This document shows, in pieces, positions 12,745 to 26,244 of a DNA stretch of 64,000 bases (position 1 is the first letter of the stretch; each line of letters begins with the position of its first letter). The notes beneath the pieces were generated by a model, which saw only the letters and a program-made list of their open reading frames with translations, ran no database searches and had not been told where the DNA came from. Origin of the DNA: Octopus sinensis. Its lineage: Eukaryota. The stretch lies in NCBI RefSeq assembly GCF_006345805.1, contig NC_043014.1:41540001-41604000 (forward strand), given 5' to 3'. Position numbers and translations under genes: made by a program.

Positions 12745-13310
12745 GCTTACGGCGACGGAGCAATGGATCTTATGCAATGGTTCGAGTGGAACGTTCACTT
12801 TAACAGCGGAAGAACATCCCTGGAAGGCGATGAAGGAACTGGAAGATCAAAGACGAGCGTCAGCCTAGGAAATGTGGTGTTGGGCATCAAGAATTGCCCC
12901 CCCCCACGGTACCAGACTGTCAATCAAGATTCTACTGCGACGTTTTGAAGCGTTTGTGGAGGACATTCAGCGAAATTGACCAAATCTATGGAGCGCGAGT
13001 AACTGAATTCTTTTTGACGAGTTCTCACACTTGAGTTTCTCGTTACAAACAACATGGTATCGCTTTCGCTCCTGCCCTATTCACCGGATTTAGCATCTGT
13101 TGACTTGTATCTTTTTCCCAGAGCGAATCGCCGAAGGTCCTCGACTCGCTTACGAAAAACGAGCTCCAGGCCTCATTCGAAAAGTGGAAGGAACGCTGGG
13201 ACCGGTGTACTGCTGCTCAACGTTACTAATTCGAAGGAGATGATGTTAAAACTTGGGTAAATCCGTTAATTTTTATCAAAGCAAAACTAATCCAGGAAAC
13301 TTTGATGCTA
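12745..13310 (+). pseudogene. Decayed, internally deleted mariner transposase
   Basis: WFEW..HFNSGRTSLEGDEGTGRSKTS (mariner HTH-end motif) and PYSPDLASVDLYLFP (YSPDLAP.D motif); frameshifts and deletions. Confidence 0.8.
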
Positions 13311-13337
13311 CATCCATCGAGGGCAAACACGTACATG

Positions 13338-13339
<2 letters not shown>

Positions 13340-13408
<69 letters not shown>

Positions 13409-13474
13409 CACACACAACACACACACACAACACACAACACACACACACACAACACACACACACACACACACACG

Positions 13475-13516
<42 letters not shown>
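13340..13516. repeat. Interrupted (CA)n microsatellite
   Basis: Direct reading. Confidence 0.95.
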
Positions 13517-13518
<2 letters not shown>

Positions 13519-13533
13519 TATACATGCGTATAC

Positions 13534-13625
13534 ACTGTAAAGTACTTTAATTTCGCGGGCACGAAATTTCGCTAATTGAGACCTAGAGACAAATTCGCGA
13601 GAATTTAATTTCGTGAATACACATG
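13534..13625. mobile_element. DNA-transposon terminus-like fragment with AATTTCGC subterminal repeats
   Basis: CACTGTAAAGTACTTTAATTTCGCGGGCACGAAATTTCGC...AAATTCGCGAGAATTTAATTTCGTG; no partner end found. Confidence 0.4.
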
Positions 13626-13944
13626 TTTGAAAATTTTTGGGAATATTTATTTTATTAAATCTAGATAGAAAAATATCTGATTTTTTTCAACATTTGTTAA
13701 GCAGTTATCTTTCAAGTAGACTCATTTGTTAACATAGTAAACGTTAGGTACGGTCATTGATGTGTACCTATTCACTGATCGCGTTGTTTTACTATGATAC
13801 AGTTCAGTAATTGAGTCGCTTACTGTGTTTTCTTTCAGACTTATAATACCAGATTATGTAAACTTGCTAAATTTTCATAAAAAGTTTTCTAAATTCTATA
13901 ATCTCTACATCAAAAACCGCGTTTACTATGTGTGTCAATTGATA

Positions 13945-15666
13945 TCTCATTCATCATTTACCATGCGTGTCAACTAACATTTGTAATTTGCGTGATTAAT
14001 AGTTCAAAATTTCAGCTAATTCGTTTTGGGATTTGGTTTGCCAGATTCTTTATGTGAGTTCGTGTGTTGAAGCATATTCTGTTGTGTGCGGGGAGAATAA
14101 TTTTCTTTTTGTGCCTTACAATTTAACAAACTCACTTTTACTGTATGGAGTACACTATTTATTGAGAGGTATTTCACTTATTTTGGGTTTATACCCGTAA
14201 TTAATATTACTGTTATAATTATAATTATATTTATTACTATTATTTGCATAAATATCATTAATTATCACAATCATTATTTTAACTAGTATAATTACTATAG
14301 ATGGTAAGTTATGTTTCTTTAAATCATTTAAACGTATATTTAATCCAGGTTGGACATCTCATAATATGTTCTTTTCCAGTGTTTATAAGAGTAAATTTAG
14401 AAGTGAAAATTTGGTACATTTCTTCCACAAAAACTCACATCTGTTATCACCTACTCCCTAAGGTTTTGTTTTGCTAATTATTTCCCAAGTATTCGAAAAT
14501 AATTTGTTATTAACTTTTAGTGCACAAATTAGCTTACTAAGGATGGTAGTATTCATTTTGTCCCTATTTCTAAACTAACTTAAGTGATTGACAATTCTCA
14601 GCTTAATATAACATGAGCTAACTCCTGTATAGAAATATCCTCTATTCTTTGAGGTAATCTTACATCTTTATACGATATTTTTAAGCCTACAATTAGAGTT
14701 AAGCGGACAAACCCTGTTCCTTGCACAATCGCATTTAATAGTTCTACTACTTCTATTATTATTATCCACTTCACCTAGCCTTGATGCGATTTCTATATTC
14801 CTCTGTCTATCTTATAAGTTATTAGTCCTTTCGCATAGACAACATTCTAAGTACGTTCCTTTTTAAGATTCACATCTACTACTTCCAGGTTAATCGTGGT
14901 GTTACTTTAGGTCTCTTTAATTTTATTGGTTACCAAACTATAGCTCATATCCTGAAACCTAGTTGTGTTGCTTATGAGTTTTCTGCTCATGTTGACATTG
15001 TTAATATTTACTGAACTATTAAAATTCTGGTTACTAATATTGCTATTGTTCATATTGAAACTCTTTAATTTTACTATCGTTGTGTACTGCTATAATCTGT
15101 GCTAGAATTTTGCTATCACAGAAAGCTAATCTAACTCTATTTTTATTAAAAGTCCTATAGTATTTATTGCCTTCTGGAAAATGTTTACTCAATGCTAAAT
15201 AAAACAATTTTGGTGTAATGGAAATTATTTGTTTTCGGAAGGGAATTTTATACCCTTCAGTATAGCAAGAGGTTTCCATGTTACTGAGGCACGTATTTAT
15301 ATTTCTATTTAGGCTTTTTGCAAAAGTGTGTATCTGGTTCTTATTACGGCATTGGGTTTGTTTGCTATTATATTTGACTTTATATTTGTCAATTATTTGT
15401 ATATTACTATTTATAGAGTTTATGTATTGTTTACCTACCTTATACGAACGGGAACTTTTAGTAGGTCCATGTATACCTAAGCCAGTTTGTATTTTATTTG
15501 GCACATATTCAAACAAATTTGTATTATTCTTTTTGTTTTTACGTACTCTATTGTTATATCCTAATTGCACAAATTTCAGTTCTTTAACTCTTCCTATTGT
15601 CTGTCCTATTTGGTTAGTGGTGTTCTTCATATTATGCATGTTATGATCATTGCCAGTATGGTGCAT
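13945..15666 (-). mobile_element. Degenerate Penelope-like element (linker + GIY-YIG endonuclease + 3' non-coding repeat)
   Basis: See pseudogene entry; 3' non-coding segment 14020-14145 recurs, partly inverted, at 42655-42860. Confidence 0.75.
14324..15666 (-). pseudogene. PLE ORF remnant: pre-endonuclease linker and GIY-YIG domain
   Basis: ORF 15043..15666 ends with LSKHFPEGNKYYRTFNKNRVRLAFCDSKILAQIIAVHN (typical PLE linker). My translation of 14736-14324: KCDCARNRVCPLNSNCRLKNIV*RCKI...FYTG...KLRIVNHLS*FRN...TILSKLICALK...TWEII...NRCEF; GIY/YIG equivalents at ~14668-14679 and ~14623-14634; stops and frameshifts; no RT motifs seen. Confidence 0.8.
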
Positions 15667-16055
15667 CCCGTTATATATATTATATCTACTATTATTACCG
15701 TTTAAAATCTTAAATTTTTCTCTATATCCTGCCTTCTCTAATACATACTCATCAAACGCGAAGGAAATTTAAGTTAATGTACACACGTACACACACATGA
15801 ATCACATCTATCTTCGCATATATATATATATATACAAAACCATATTTATTTATACATCTGGACACAACCTCATCTGCATATAGACATAGTTAAGCACATA
15901 GGTACACATTCATATTCATACATACATATATATAAATACACAAATATACATATCTTTGCACGCACGCACACATGCTCACGTTTATAATATAAATAATATA
16001 AATGTAGACACATACATATACATTAATGTGTATATATATATATATTATATATATA

Positions 16056-16125
<70 letters not shown>

Positions 16126-17297
16126 ACTGACAGAGAGAGAGCAATAAGAAAATGGAGGGGATCAATAGGTGGTATTCATCAACTTTTAGACATTATAATA
16201 TGTCAATTTATTTATTTACTAAAAGGGTAATTATAACAATATACATACATGTATAACATATTATGTTTTACATATATAATATATAAAATATAAAAATATC
16301 AGTAATTATTAAAATATATAACATATAACAATAGAAATTGGGATAATATCTTACTGCTGTTTCAGTCCAGAAGCAATACATATATATACACACATATACT
16401 CAGGTACATACATTCAGATCGTATATACTAAACATAAAAGAGATATGTTAATACACAAAAGAATTCCTTTACAATTTCTATACATGTATGCACGCCCATA
16501 GATCGACATAAGTATATATACGCAGAGTGAATCATATAGCAGAAAGCAAGCATTAAATAGTCTAGAACTCTATGTTAGCGTATACAAATAATTCATTCCA
16601 AAGGTATACATACATATGCGTACACACACCTGCACCTACCCAATCTAACTAATTATACATCTATATTTCTACACAATTATCTATCTATCGATCGATCCAG
16701 CGAGCAGAGTTCTTCTTTCTTTAGCTAACTATTAATCTACATAGCCTGAGCGCAGTTATTAATATCATATAATAGTAAAGATGAAACATTGTTATCAATA
16801 GCTAGTGTAACAACTACTTAAATGTAGAAATGATAAGGTAGAAAACGTAGTATGTGTCTATATGTATACAGCTTAAAATATAATAAAATAATATTTTGAA
16901 TAGAATACTTTTGAATAGAAAGTAAAAATTTAAGTAGAAGTTACATTAAAGTGAAATCAAATATTATAAAAATAAATGTTATATTTAAAAATATAACGTA
17001 CAGTGTATTGTAACGGTGAATCTAAATGTTATTGTATAAATATAAGATAACATAAATAAAGTAAAAAAAAAAAGACAATTGAGAGATTATAAATTGAAAG
17101 AGAATCATAGCCGATGAAAAAATAATTAACTAACATACAAACTTTATCAGTTATACAATGTACATTGTAGAATATAACCATAAAGATACAGCTTAAAATA
17201 TATAATAAACATAAGATCAAATCAAACAATATAAAAATAAGATGTGATATATATAATACAAAACTCGATAAAAATTTAGTAAAATGTACACCTTGCC

Positions 17298-17380
<83 letters not shown>

Positions 17381-17813
17381 ATGTATATATGTATATATAT
17401 ATATATATACATACATACATACATATATATATATATATTTATATATATAGTATGGACAGTATATCTAATATAATGTACATGTCTGAATAGCTCAAGAGCA
17501 GATTTCTTCATTCAGTTGGGTCTAATTGTCTACATAGACTGCACAATATCATTCGACCGGTACTTATGTACCAAGTTTGATATTTGCATAATATTGTTGT
17601 GTGTGCATTATTCCGACCTAACGCGGTGCTTTATACGTATGCATGTATACATGACCATGGATATATAGACTCACGTAAACATGAATGTAAATAAATGCAT
17701 GCATTAATACGAAGTGGTTATAGCTATTCTCTAATATCTGGTTATAACGCAAATGTACGTAGCTGCAGTGAAAATTAAGTAAAAATTGGGTAAAAATATC
17801 TTATAAAATATAA

Positions 17814-18317
17814 ATAATAATAAATGCACCCTTTTAAAGCCTAGCCGGGCTCATGGAGTCGGTTTCCCGGTTTCTATGGTGTATGTGTTCCCCAATTGGA
17901 TGGGACGCCAGTCTATCGCAGCGTTACTCATTTTTGCCAGCTGAGTGGACTGGAGCAACGTGAAATGAAGTGTTTTGCTCAAGAAGACACAACGCGTCGC
18001 CCGGTCCAGGAATCGAAACCACAATCTTATGATCATGATGCTGACACCCTAACCACTAAGTCATGCACCTCCACAAATAAATGCATCCTTTCAAAGCCTA
18101 GCCAGACTCATGGGTCCGGTTTCCCGGTTTCTATGGCACATGTGTTCCCCAGCCAGACCATTGCAGCGTTACTCATTTTTGCCAGCTGAGTGGACTGGAG
18201 CAACGTGAAATGAAGTGTTTTGCTCAAGAACATAACGCGTCGCCTGGTCCAGGAATCGAAACCACAATCTTATGATCATGATGCTGACACCCTAACCATC
18301 AAGCCCCGCGCCTCCAC
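17814..18317 (-). mobile_element. Head-to-tail dimer of SINE head C + tail 3 with a single 15-bp TSD
   Basis: Monomers 17814-18074 and 18075-18317; TSD TCTTATAAAATATAA at 17799-17813 and 18318-18332. Confidence 0.9.
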
Positions 18318-18631
18318 TCTTATAAAATATAATGATGCCATTAATACAGAGAAAAGAAAGTCAATTAAAAAATATCAAATAGAAGGAAAGCCATAGTCGA
18401 CTTCTATTAGGGTTTATTGTCTTGAAACTTATAAGAGATATCAAGTAAATGCAGTAAGTGTTCAGTCTATTTACATAATGTGGCCCATCCAACTTAACTC
18501 ATCCCAAAACATTTATTTGGTCAATGTTGCCTTCAAATGATGCGAATGCACTATAGAATTATTACGTATGTCGATATATTAAAGCATGTAATACATAACA
18601 TTTTGTTAATTGCATTGCCCTATATAAGATA

Positions 18632-19004
18632 CTAGCAGTATCGCCCGGCGTTGCTCAGGTTTGTAAGGGAAATAACATTAAAGCATTTTTAGAGAGTTAT
18701 AGCCAAAAAATGGAAAAAATGATGGTAAATTTTTTTTTGAGATTTAAAAAAGGTGGAGTTGCGTCCCCTAGACAGTTTGTGGTTCGTGTTTCTGATTCTC
18801 GACCCCATGTCGAATTTATCGATTTTTTTCAGAACTGGGGGAACTTTTCAAAATTTTCGCTGCGTTAGTTTTGAATTATGACATTGGGCTATGTGTGTGT
18901 CAAGTTTCATCAGAATCGGTTGAAAGCCGTGGTCAGGGTGAGGGTACAAGCAAACAGACACACAGAAACACGCACAGACAAACTGCCGTTTATATAGAGA
19001 GAGA
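18632..19004 (-). mobile_element. Non-autonomous Helitron (family H2)
   Basis: A|TC...CTAG|T ends on minus; 3'-terminal ~32 bp nearly identical to H1 at 4911; unrelated interior. Confidence 0.75.
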
Positions 19005-19140
19005 TGAAATAAAAATCACGTGCCCATGTGACCAACCAGGCTATCAGATGTTTTTGTTACACATCGCTGGTCACAATGCGCCCGTTCTGTAGCGTCAATT
19101 TGCTTTCTTTTCTCACTTAAATCTTTACTCTTATGTATCA

Positions 19141-19174
<34 letters not shown>

Positions 19175-19209
19175 TATATATATATAATATATATATAATA
19201 TATATATAT

Positions 19210-19588
19210 ACGAGCAAAACGTCTCCCCCCGCGTCCAATGGACGGTGGTGAGTTGTCAAACATTTAAACCAAATTTTCTCAGAACAACTTGTCCGACTGT
19301 CCCATAGTCCTCCCTTTTGAGAAACACTGATTTAACCTAAATTTGAGACACCACCAAAAGAAGAAATAAAGATAGACTTTTTTCTATTCCAAAGAAAAAC
19401 GATTTTATTCACACAAATATGCTTTATTGATCGCATTCTCACATGGAATCGAATTTTGCAATTTTTTCAAGACATATACGCGCCCTGAAACCGTCGGTAT
19501 CTACATATCAAATTTGAGCGCAATCGGATGGAGGATACCCGAGATTCTAGAAGACACACACACATGAACAGACAACGGATTTTATATA
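19210..19588 (-). mobile_element. Helitron/Helentron-like family H3, second copy
   Basis: Reverse-complement homologue of 7326-7687; (TA)n flank. Confidence 0.6.
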
Positions 19589-19736
19589 ATAGTTATATAT
19601 CCGCACACTCATAATCACAAACTATATGTATGTTTTGGGGTGCATGCAGCTTGTAATATAAGACATTTTTTCATCGATTAAATTTCACTGAGGATCACAA
19701 TATCGACACCTTTAGCATATTCTACCCAGTCACATA

Positions 19737-20098
19737 TGGAAGCACTCCGTCGGTTACGACGACGAGGGTTCCGGTTGATCCGATCAACGGAACAGCCTGC
19801 TCGTGATATTAACGTGTAAGTGGCTGAGCACTCCACAGTTCTCGGGGATATTCAGCGTGACACTGAGAGTGACAAGGCCGGCCCTTTGAAATACAGGTAC
19901 AACAGAAACAGGAAGTAAGAGTGAGAGAAAGTTGTGGTGAAAGAGTACAGCAGGGATCACCACCATCCCTGCCGGAGCCTCGTGGTGCTTTAGGTGTTTT
20001 CGCTCAATAAACACTCACAACGCCCGGTCTGGGAATGGAAACCGCGATCCTACGACCGCGAGTCCGCTGCCTTAACCACTGGGCCATTGCGCCTCCAC
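19737..20098 (-). mobile_element. SINE head A + tail 1 with 13-bp TSD
   Basis: TSD ACCCAGTCACATA at 19724-19736 and 20099-20111. Confidence 0.9.
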
Positions 20099-20429
20099 AC
20101 CCAGTCACATAAACACACGCATATAATGCTTGTACGCGTGCGAGCCACCGAGCGAGCGAGCGAGTGAGTGAGTGTAAATATCCAAAGAAATTTTCAAACA
20201 GAATTTCTTCATTTTAAGATTCCCACGGAAAAAAAAAATCTAGAAATATCTGGAGCGAGACTATTAGCAATAACGAGAGTGCGAGAACGGAATGTTAGTT
20301 TAATTCGTTTATACGTCTCCCTCAGCAAGTTGTTAACGTCTCAACTTCCCCATTTTTTAAAGCTATAGAAATCTCACTGTGTAAGAAAAAAAAAAACAGT
20401 GAATATTTTTGTGATTTTACTCATTACAA

Positions 20430-21198
20430 TAGGCGCAGGAGTGGCTTTGTGGTACGTTGCTTGCTAACCAACCACATGGTTCCGGGTTCAGTCCCACTGC
20501 GTGGCATCTTGGCCAAGTGTCTTCTGCTATCTAACAGACTCCGCCGGTTACGACGACGAGGGTCCCAGCTGATCCGATCAACGGAACAGCTTGCTCGTGA
20601 AATTAACGTGCAAATGGCTGAGCATTCCACAGACACGTGTACCCTTAACGTAGTTCTCAGGGATAATCAGCGTGACACAGAGAGTGACAAGGCTGATCCT
20701 TTGAAATACAAGTACAACTCATTTTTGCCAGCTGAGTGGACTGGAGCAACGTGAAATAAAGTGTCTTGCTCAAGGACACAACGCGTCGCCGGGAATCGAA
20801 CTCACAACCTTACGATCATGAGCCGAATGCCCTAACCACTAAGCCACGCGCCCTCACGTCTTCTGCTATAGCCCCGGGCCGACCAATGCCTTGTGAGTGG
20901 ATTTGGTAGACGGAAACTGAAAGAAGCCTGTCGTATATATGTACATATATATATTATATATATATAAGTGTGTGGTGTTTGTGGGTTTGTGTGTCTGTGT
21001 TTGTCCCCCTAGCATTGCTTGACAACCGATGCTGGTGTGTTTACGTCCGCGTCACTTAGCGGTTCGGCAAAAGAGACCGATAGAATAAGTACTGGGCTTA
21101 CAAAGAATAAGTTCCGGGGTCGATTTGCTCGACTAAAGGCGGTGCTCCAGCATGGCCGCAGTCAAATGACTGAAACCAGTAAAAGAGTAAAAAGAGTA
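20430..21198 (+). mobile_element. SINE B interrupted by a nested SINE
   Basis: Head 20430-20530, body resumes at 20858, (AAAAGAGT)n tail. Confidence 0.9.
20531..20857 (-). mobile_element. Nested SINE head C + tail 1 with 12-bp TSD
   Basis: TSD GTCTTCTGCTAT at 20519-20530 and 20858-20869, inside the CORE-like part of SINE B. Confidence 0.9.
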
Positions 21199-21282
21199 TT
21201 ACAATTGCAATAATTATTGTTGGTGCTATTCTTATTGATGTTAGATAAACTAGCACAGTCGGCACAGCGTTGTTTCTAAAAA

Positions 21283-22445
21283 GGCGGCCAGCTGACAGAA
21301 TCGTTAGCAGGCCGGGTGAAATGCTTAGCGGTATTTCGTCTGTCGATATGTTCTGAGCTCAAATTCAGCCGAGGTCGACTTTACCTTTTATCCTTTCAGG
21401 GTCGATAAATTAAGTACCAGTTACGCACTGGGGTCGATGTAATCGACTTAATACCTATGTCTGTCCTTGTTTGTCCCCTCTGTGTTTAGCCCCTTGTGGG
21501 TAATAAAGAAATAGGTATTTCGTCTGTTGTTATGTTCTGAGTTCAAATTCCGCCGAGGTCGACTTTACCTTTTATCCTTTCAGGGTCGATAAATTAAGTA
21601 CCAGTTTCGCACTGGGGTCGATGTAATCGAATTAATACCTATGTCTGTCCTTGTTTGTCCCCTCTGTGTTTAGCCCCTTGTGGGTAATAAAGAAATAGGT
21701 ATATCGTCTGTCGATATGTTCTGAGCTCAAATTCTACCGAGGTCGACTTTACCTTTTATCCTTTCAGGGTCGATAAATTAAGTACCAGTTACGCACTGGG
21801 GTCGATGTAATCGACTTAATACCTATGTCTGTCCTTGTTTGTCCCCTCTGTGTTTAGCCCCTTGTGGGTAATAAAGAAATAGGTATTTCGTCTGTCGTTA
21901 TGTTCTGAGCTCAAATTCCGCCGAGGTCGACTTTACCTTTTATCCTTTGAGGGTCGATAAATTAAGTACCAGTTTCGCACTGGGGGTCGATGTAATCGAC
22001 TTAATCGCTTTGTCTGTCCTTGTTTGTCCATTCTATGTTTAACCCCTTGTGGGTAGTGAAGAAACAGGTATTTTGCCTGTCTTTACGTTCTGAGTTCAAT
22101 TTGCGCCGAGACTGACGCTGCCTGTCTTCCTTTCGGGGTCGATAAATTAAGTACCAGTTTCGCACTGGGGTCGATGTAATCGACTTAATCCCTTTGCCTG
22201 TCCTTGTGTGCCCCCTCTTTGTTTAGCCTCTTGTGGGCAATAAAGAAATAAGAAAATTTAGCAGGCCGGGCGAAATACTTAGCGGTATTTTGCCTGTCTT
22301 TACGTTCTGAGTTCAATTTCTGCCGATGTCGACTTTGTCTTTCTCCCTTTCGAAGTCGATAAATTAAGTACCAGTTGCGTACTAATCGACTGGCCTCCTC
22401 TCCCAAAATTTCGGGCCTTGTGCCTAGAGTAGCGAAGATTATTTC
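21283..22445 (+). repeat. Tandem array of six SINE D (Meta-like) units, 184-bp period
   Basis: One head, then units starting GGTAT(T/A)T at 21330, 21514, 21698, 21882, 22067; sixth unit from 22251 has the alternative tail E. Confidence 0.9.
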
Positions 22446-22879
22446 TATTCTGATTTTAATAACGTTCAAGCATAATTCTAGCACCAAGTTCAAGTTCGGT
22501 GTAATGTATTTTGTGTTATATTTTATGAGGTTTTGATAATTGGAACACCAATTGTATAGTGATATGTTCGGCTCATTCATATATGACGTTTTATGCGTCG
22601 TTACTCTAATGGTAATAGGCGTATTATATATACTAAATGATGTAGTTACTTCTTTGCATTCGTGGCGGTATTGTTTAATTCCTGGTCTTGTATTATGTTG
22701 GATAACCCACTGCTCATATTTGTGTGTTTATGTATATGCGTCTGCCTGTGTATGTTTATGTGTGGGTAAGTGTGTTAGTGTGTGTGTATAGACATATATA
22801 CCTACGTTCACACACACACATACATTATTTCAGTATGTTCTTAGCCGTAACTTTTAGATAATGCAAAGAAATCTAGAAG

Positions 22880-22902
22880 ATATGGATATCTATATCTATC
22901 TA

Positions 22903-22948
<46 letters not shown>

Positions 22949-22991
22949 CCTATCTATCTATCTATCTATCTATCTATCTCTAACTATCTAC

Positions 22992-23050
<59 letters not shown>
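22880..23050. repeat. (TATC)n microsatellite
   Basis: Direct reading. Confidence 0.95.
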
Positions 23051-23118
23051 ATCAGTCTCTCTGCCTGCCAGTCTGTCAGTATGTCTGGCTCTCTGTCTCT
23101 CCCTCTGTATATATATAT

Positions 23119-23151
<33 letters not shown>

Positions 23152-23257
23152 TATAGACATACATACAAACATACGTACGTATACATACATATATATATTA
23201 TATATATATTATATATATACACACTATACATACACACATCCATGTATGTCTAGTGCT

Positions 23258-23297
<40 letters not shown>

Positions 23298-23327
23298 ATA
23301 TATATATATATATATAATATATAATAT

Positions 23328-23358
<31 letters not shown>

Positions 23359-25743
23359 ATACATATACATACGCACATCCATGTATGTCTAGTGCTTATA
23401 TATATATATGTTTTCTTTTTTATATTTATATTTCAATACCGTTTGTTGAGTATATTTACATAAGGGGTGAAATTTGTGAGTGACGTGGTATTAGTGATAC
23501 GTAGAATATAATACCTTCATACGGAAAGAGAAAGAAAATGGAATGCATTTCAAATTAATTTTCAATTTTCAACAGTTTTCTTTCAGATTAATTAAACACA
23601 ACCGTTTCACACTACGTAATGAGATATATACTTCAAAAGTCACATTTAAGTGAATTCAGAAAAATTAATTACACAAGAATTTAAGAGAGGCAAAGTAAAA
23701 AAAAAAAAAAAACGACATTTATACAGTAAATCTTTTATGAAAACAAGATGTTTCTCGTATATATACATACATATGTATATTTATATGTATATACATTTAT
23801 AAATATATGTAATCTATACATGTGTAAATGTATGTTATATACGAATATATATATATATTATATTATATACATGTAGGAAATATATTATATATATATATAA
23901 TTATATATATATATATATATACATATATATATGCATATAATATGTATGCATATACATATATATATACATGCAATACATATACATATATATATATACATGC
24001 ATATATAAATACACACCCACACCCACACATACACACATATATATATATATACATACATACACATATAATATACATATATACATACTGTATAAATACCTAC
24101 ATACACACATATATATACATGCATACAAACATATATGCATACACATATACATACATGCACACACACACATATATATATATACATACACGTACACACACAT
24201 ACACACACACATATATATATACATACACGTACACACACATACGCACACACGCAGATATATTACACCATGCGCGCACAAATGAATACGCTTGTATGAGGAA
24301 GTGAATATATCTGATTTCTCAATTGTAATATGTAATCAAAGGAAAAAGAAACTCACACACATATACACCATAAACAACATAAGCAAAACCTACCTATTAG
24401 TTTTGTTGTAACAGCTGTTATGTTTATATATCTATCAAAGAGACATTCACCAATAGCGCTTTGTACTTTCATTCTTACGTCTGAAGGTTCGACAGCCCAT
24501 ATTACGTCAATGTCACTGCTTTATATATTTCAGCGTAAATATTTATGAAATGATGAAGGAGTTTGGTAGCGTGGTTAATGTGTCGATAATAGGTACTCTG
24601 TTAGTATTTGTTTTGACCCTCGGTTCTCAGATCAAATTCTGACGATATCCACCTTGTATTTCATTCTTTTAAAATCGAAGACTTTCCAGTCCACGATGGT
24701 AGTTTGACGGAAATGTAAAAAAGGTACCGAATGCTACCCGTTTCTTGTTCTGGCTCTTATGTTCCGCTTTCAAGGGATTATATGAACATGTTCTGAAGAC
24801 AATTGGGATCAACTCATATTCAGAATAGGAGATAATCCCAAGAATTGTCTAAAACTGACGCGTCATTAAAAAAAGAAGACAATTTAATTGTTTGGAAAAA
24901 AATGTGGACACGTGTTTCTGCATTGACAGATATCATCAGAACTGATACACTCTCACCATATTTGCTCATTTAATTTTTAAAAATCAGTAATTAGAAAAAT
25001 ATCAAGGGTCAGACGTGAGAGTCTTGAAGAAAAATATGGCGAAAATATTTTACAGATTTCATTCTACAAATGTTATATGAACGACACTGTTAATTATTAA
25101 AACTAACGTTCATCCTGTGAAGGAATTATTTCAGTATTTCTCGTACACATGACTAAAATAATACAAAAATAAAAAGTGTGAAATATTGAAATTTTGAATT
25201 GCGGGCGGTTATAAGAGAACTTTGAGATAATGATTTCTTGACAGATTAAGGGTGACAAATTTGAAATCGACGGTTCTGGTCGTATAATACAATTAATTAG
25301 ATTAACTAGGGCCTATATTTGTGACAGTAGCCTGAACCTACAGAGGTTCCTCGATCTCTCACACTCTGCATTAATGGTTACGTGGTAATAGTATTGTAAG
25401 GAAATATCACCGATGGTAATTTTGTAATGTTACCCTGAAAATACACATATATTAATATCATAGAATATAATGTTGCAAGTGTGAAACTTGATGAGGTTTA
25501 CAAGTTACTCTGAATAAACATGACTTTCTTTTAATGAGGAAAGCATAAGTCTAGTTCAAATGCTATCGATTTTTCTTTTATCAGTCTAGGATGTGGACGA
25601 CTGAGTAAAGCGGACACTGCAGAATGCCAATACAAGGATGCAAGACATTGAACTAGTTACTGGAGTATTATGGTATCTCCTCATCATCGAGACATTTTCA
25701 CCAGTTCAGTAATCAAGCCATTTCTTTCAATGTTTATAACATT

Positions 25744-26045
25744 TCTTTTTTTACTTGTTTCTGTCATTTGACTGTGCCCATGCTGGAGCACCGCTTTTAG
25801 TCGAGCAAATCGACGCTAGGACTTATTCTTTGTAAGCCTTGTACTTATTCTGTCGGTCACTTTTTGCCGAACTGCTAAGTTACGGGGACGTAAACAGCAT
25901 CGGTTGTCAAGCGATGTTGGGGAGGGAACAAACATACACTCAAACACACGCGCACACACACACACACACACACCAACACACCACACATATATATATGTAT
26001 ATATGTATATGTATAAATGTAAGTATGTATATATATATGTATGTA

Positions 26046-26090
<45 letters not shown>

Positions 26091-26244
26091 TTCTTCCAGT
26101 TTCCGTCTACCAAATCCACTCACAAGGCTTTGGTCGGCCCAAGGCTATAGTAGAAGACACTTGCCCAAGGTGCCACGCAGTGGGACTGAACCCGGAACCA
26201 TGTGGTTGGTAAGCAAGCTACTTACCACACAGCCACTCCTACGC
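25744..26244 (-). mobile_element. SINE B
   Basis: Full head, CORE-like block, central (TA)/(CA), tail. Confidence 0.85.

Noticed and set aside
21330-22250. CRISPR-like regular repeat array
   Set aside because: 184-bp contiguous SINE units with no unique spacers, eukaryotic context, no cas genes.
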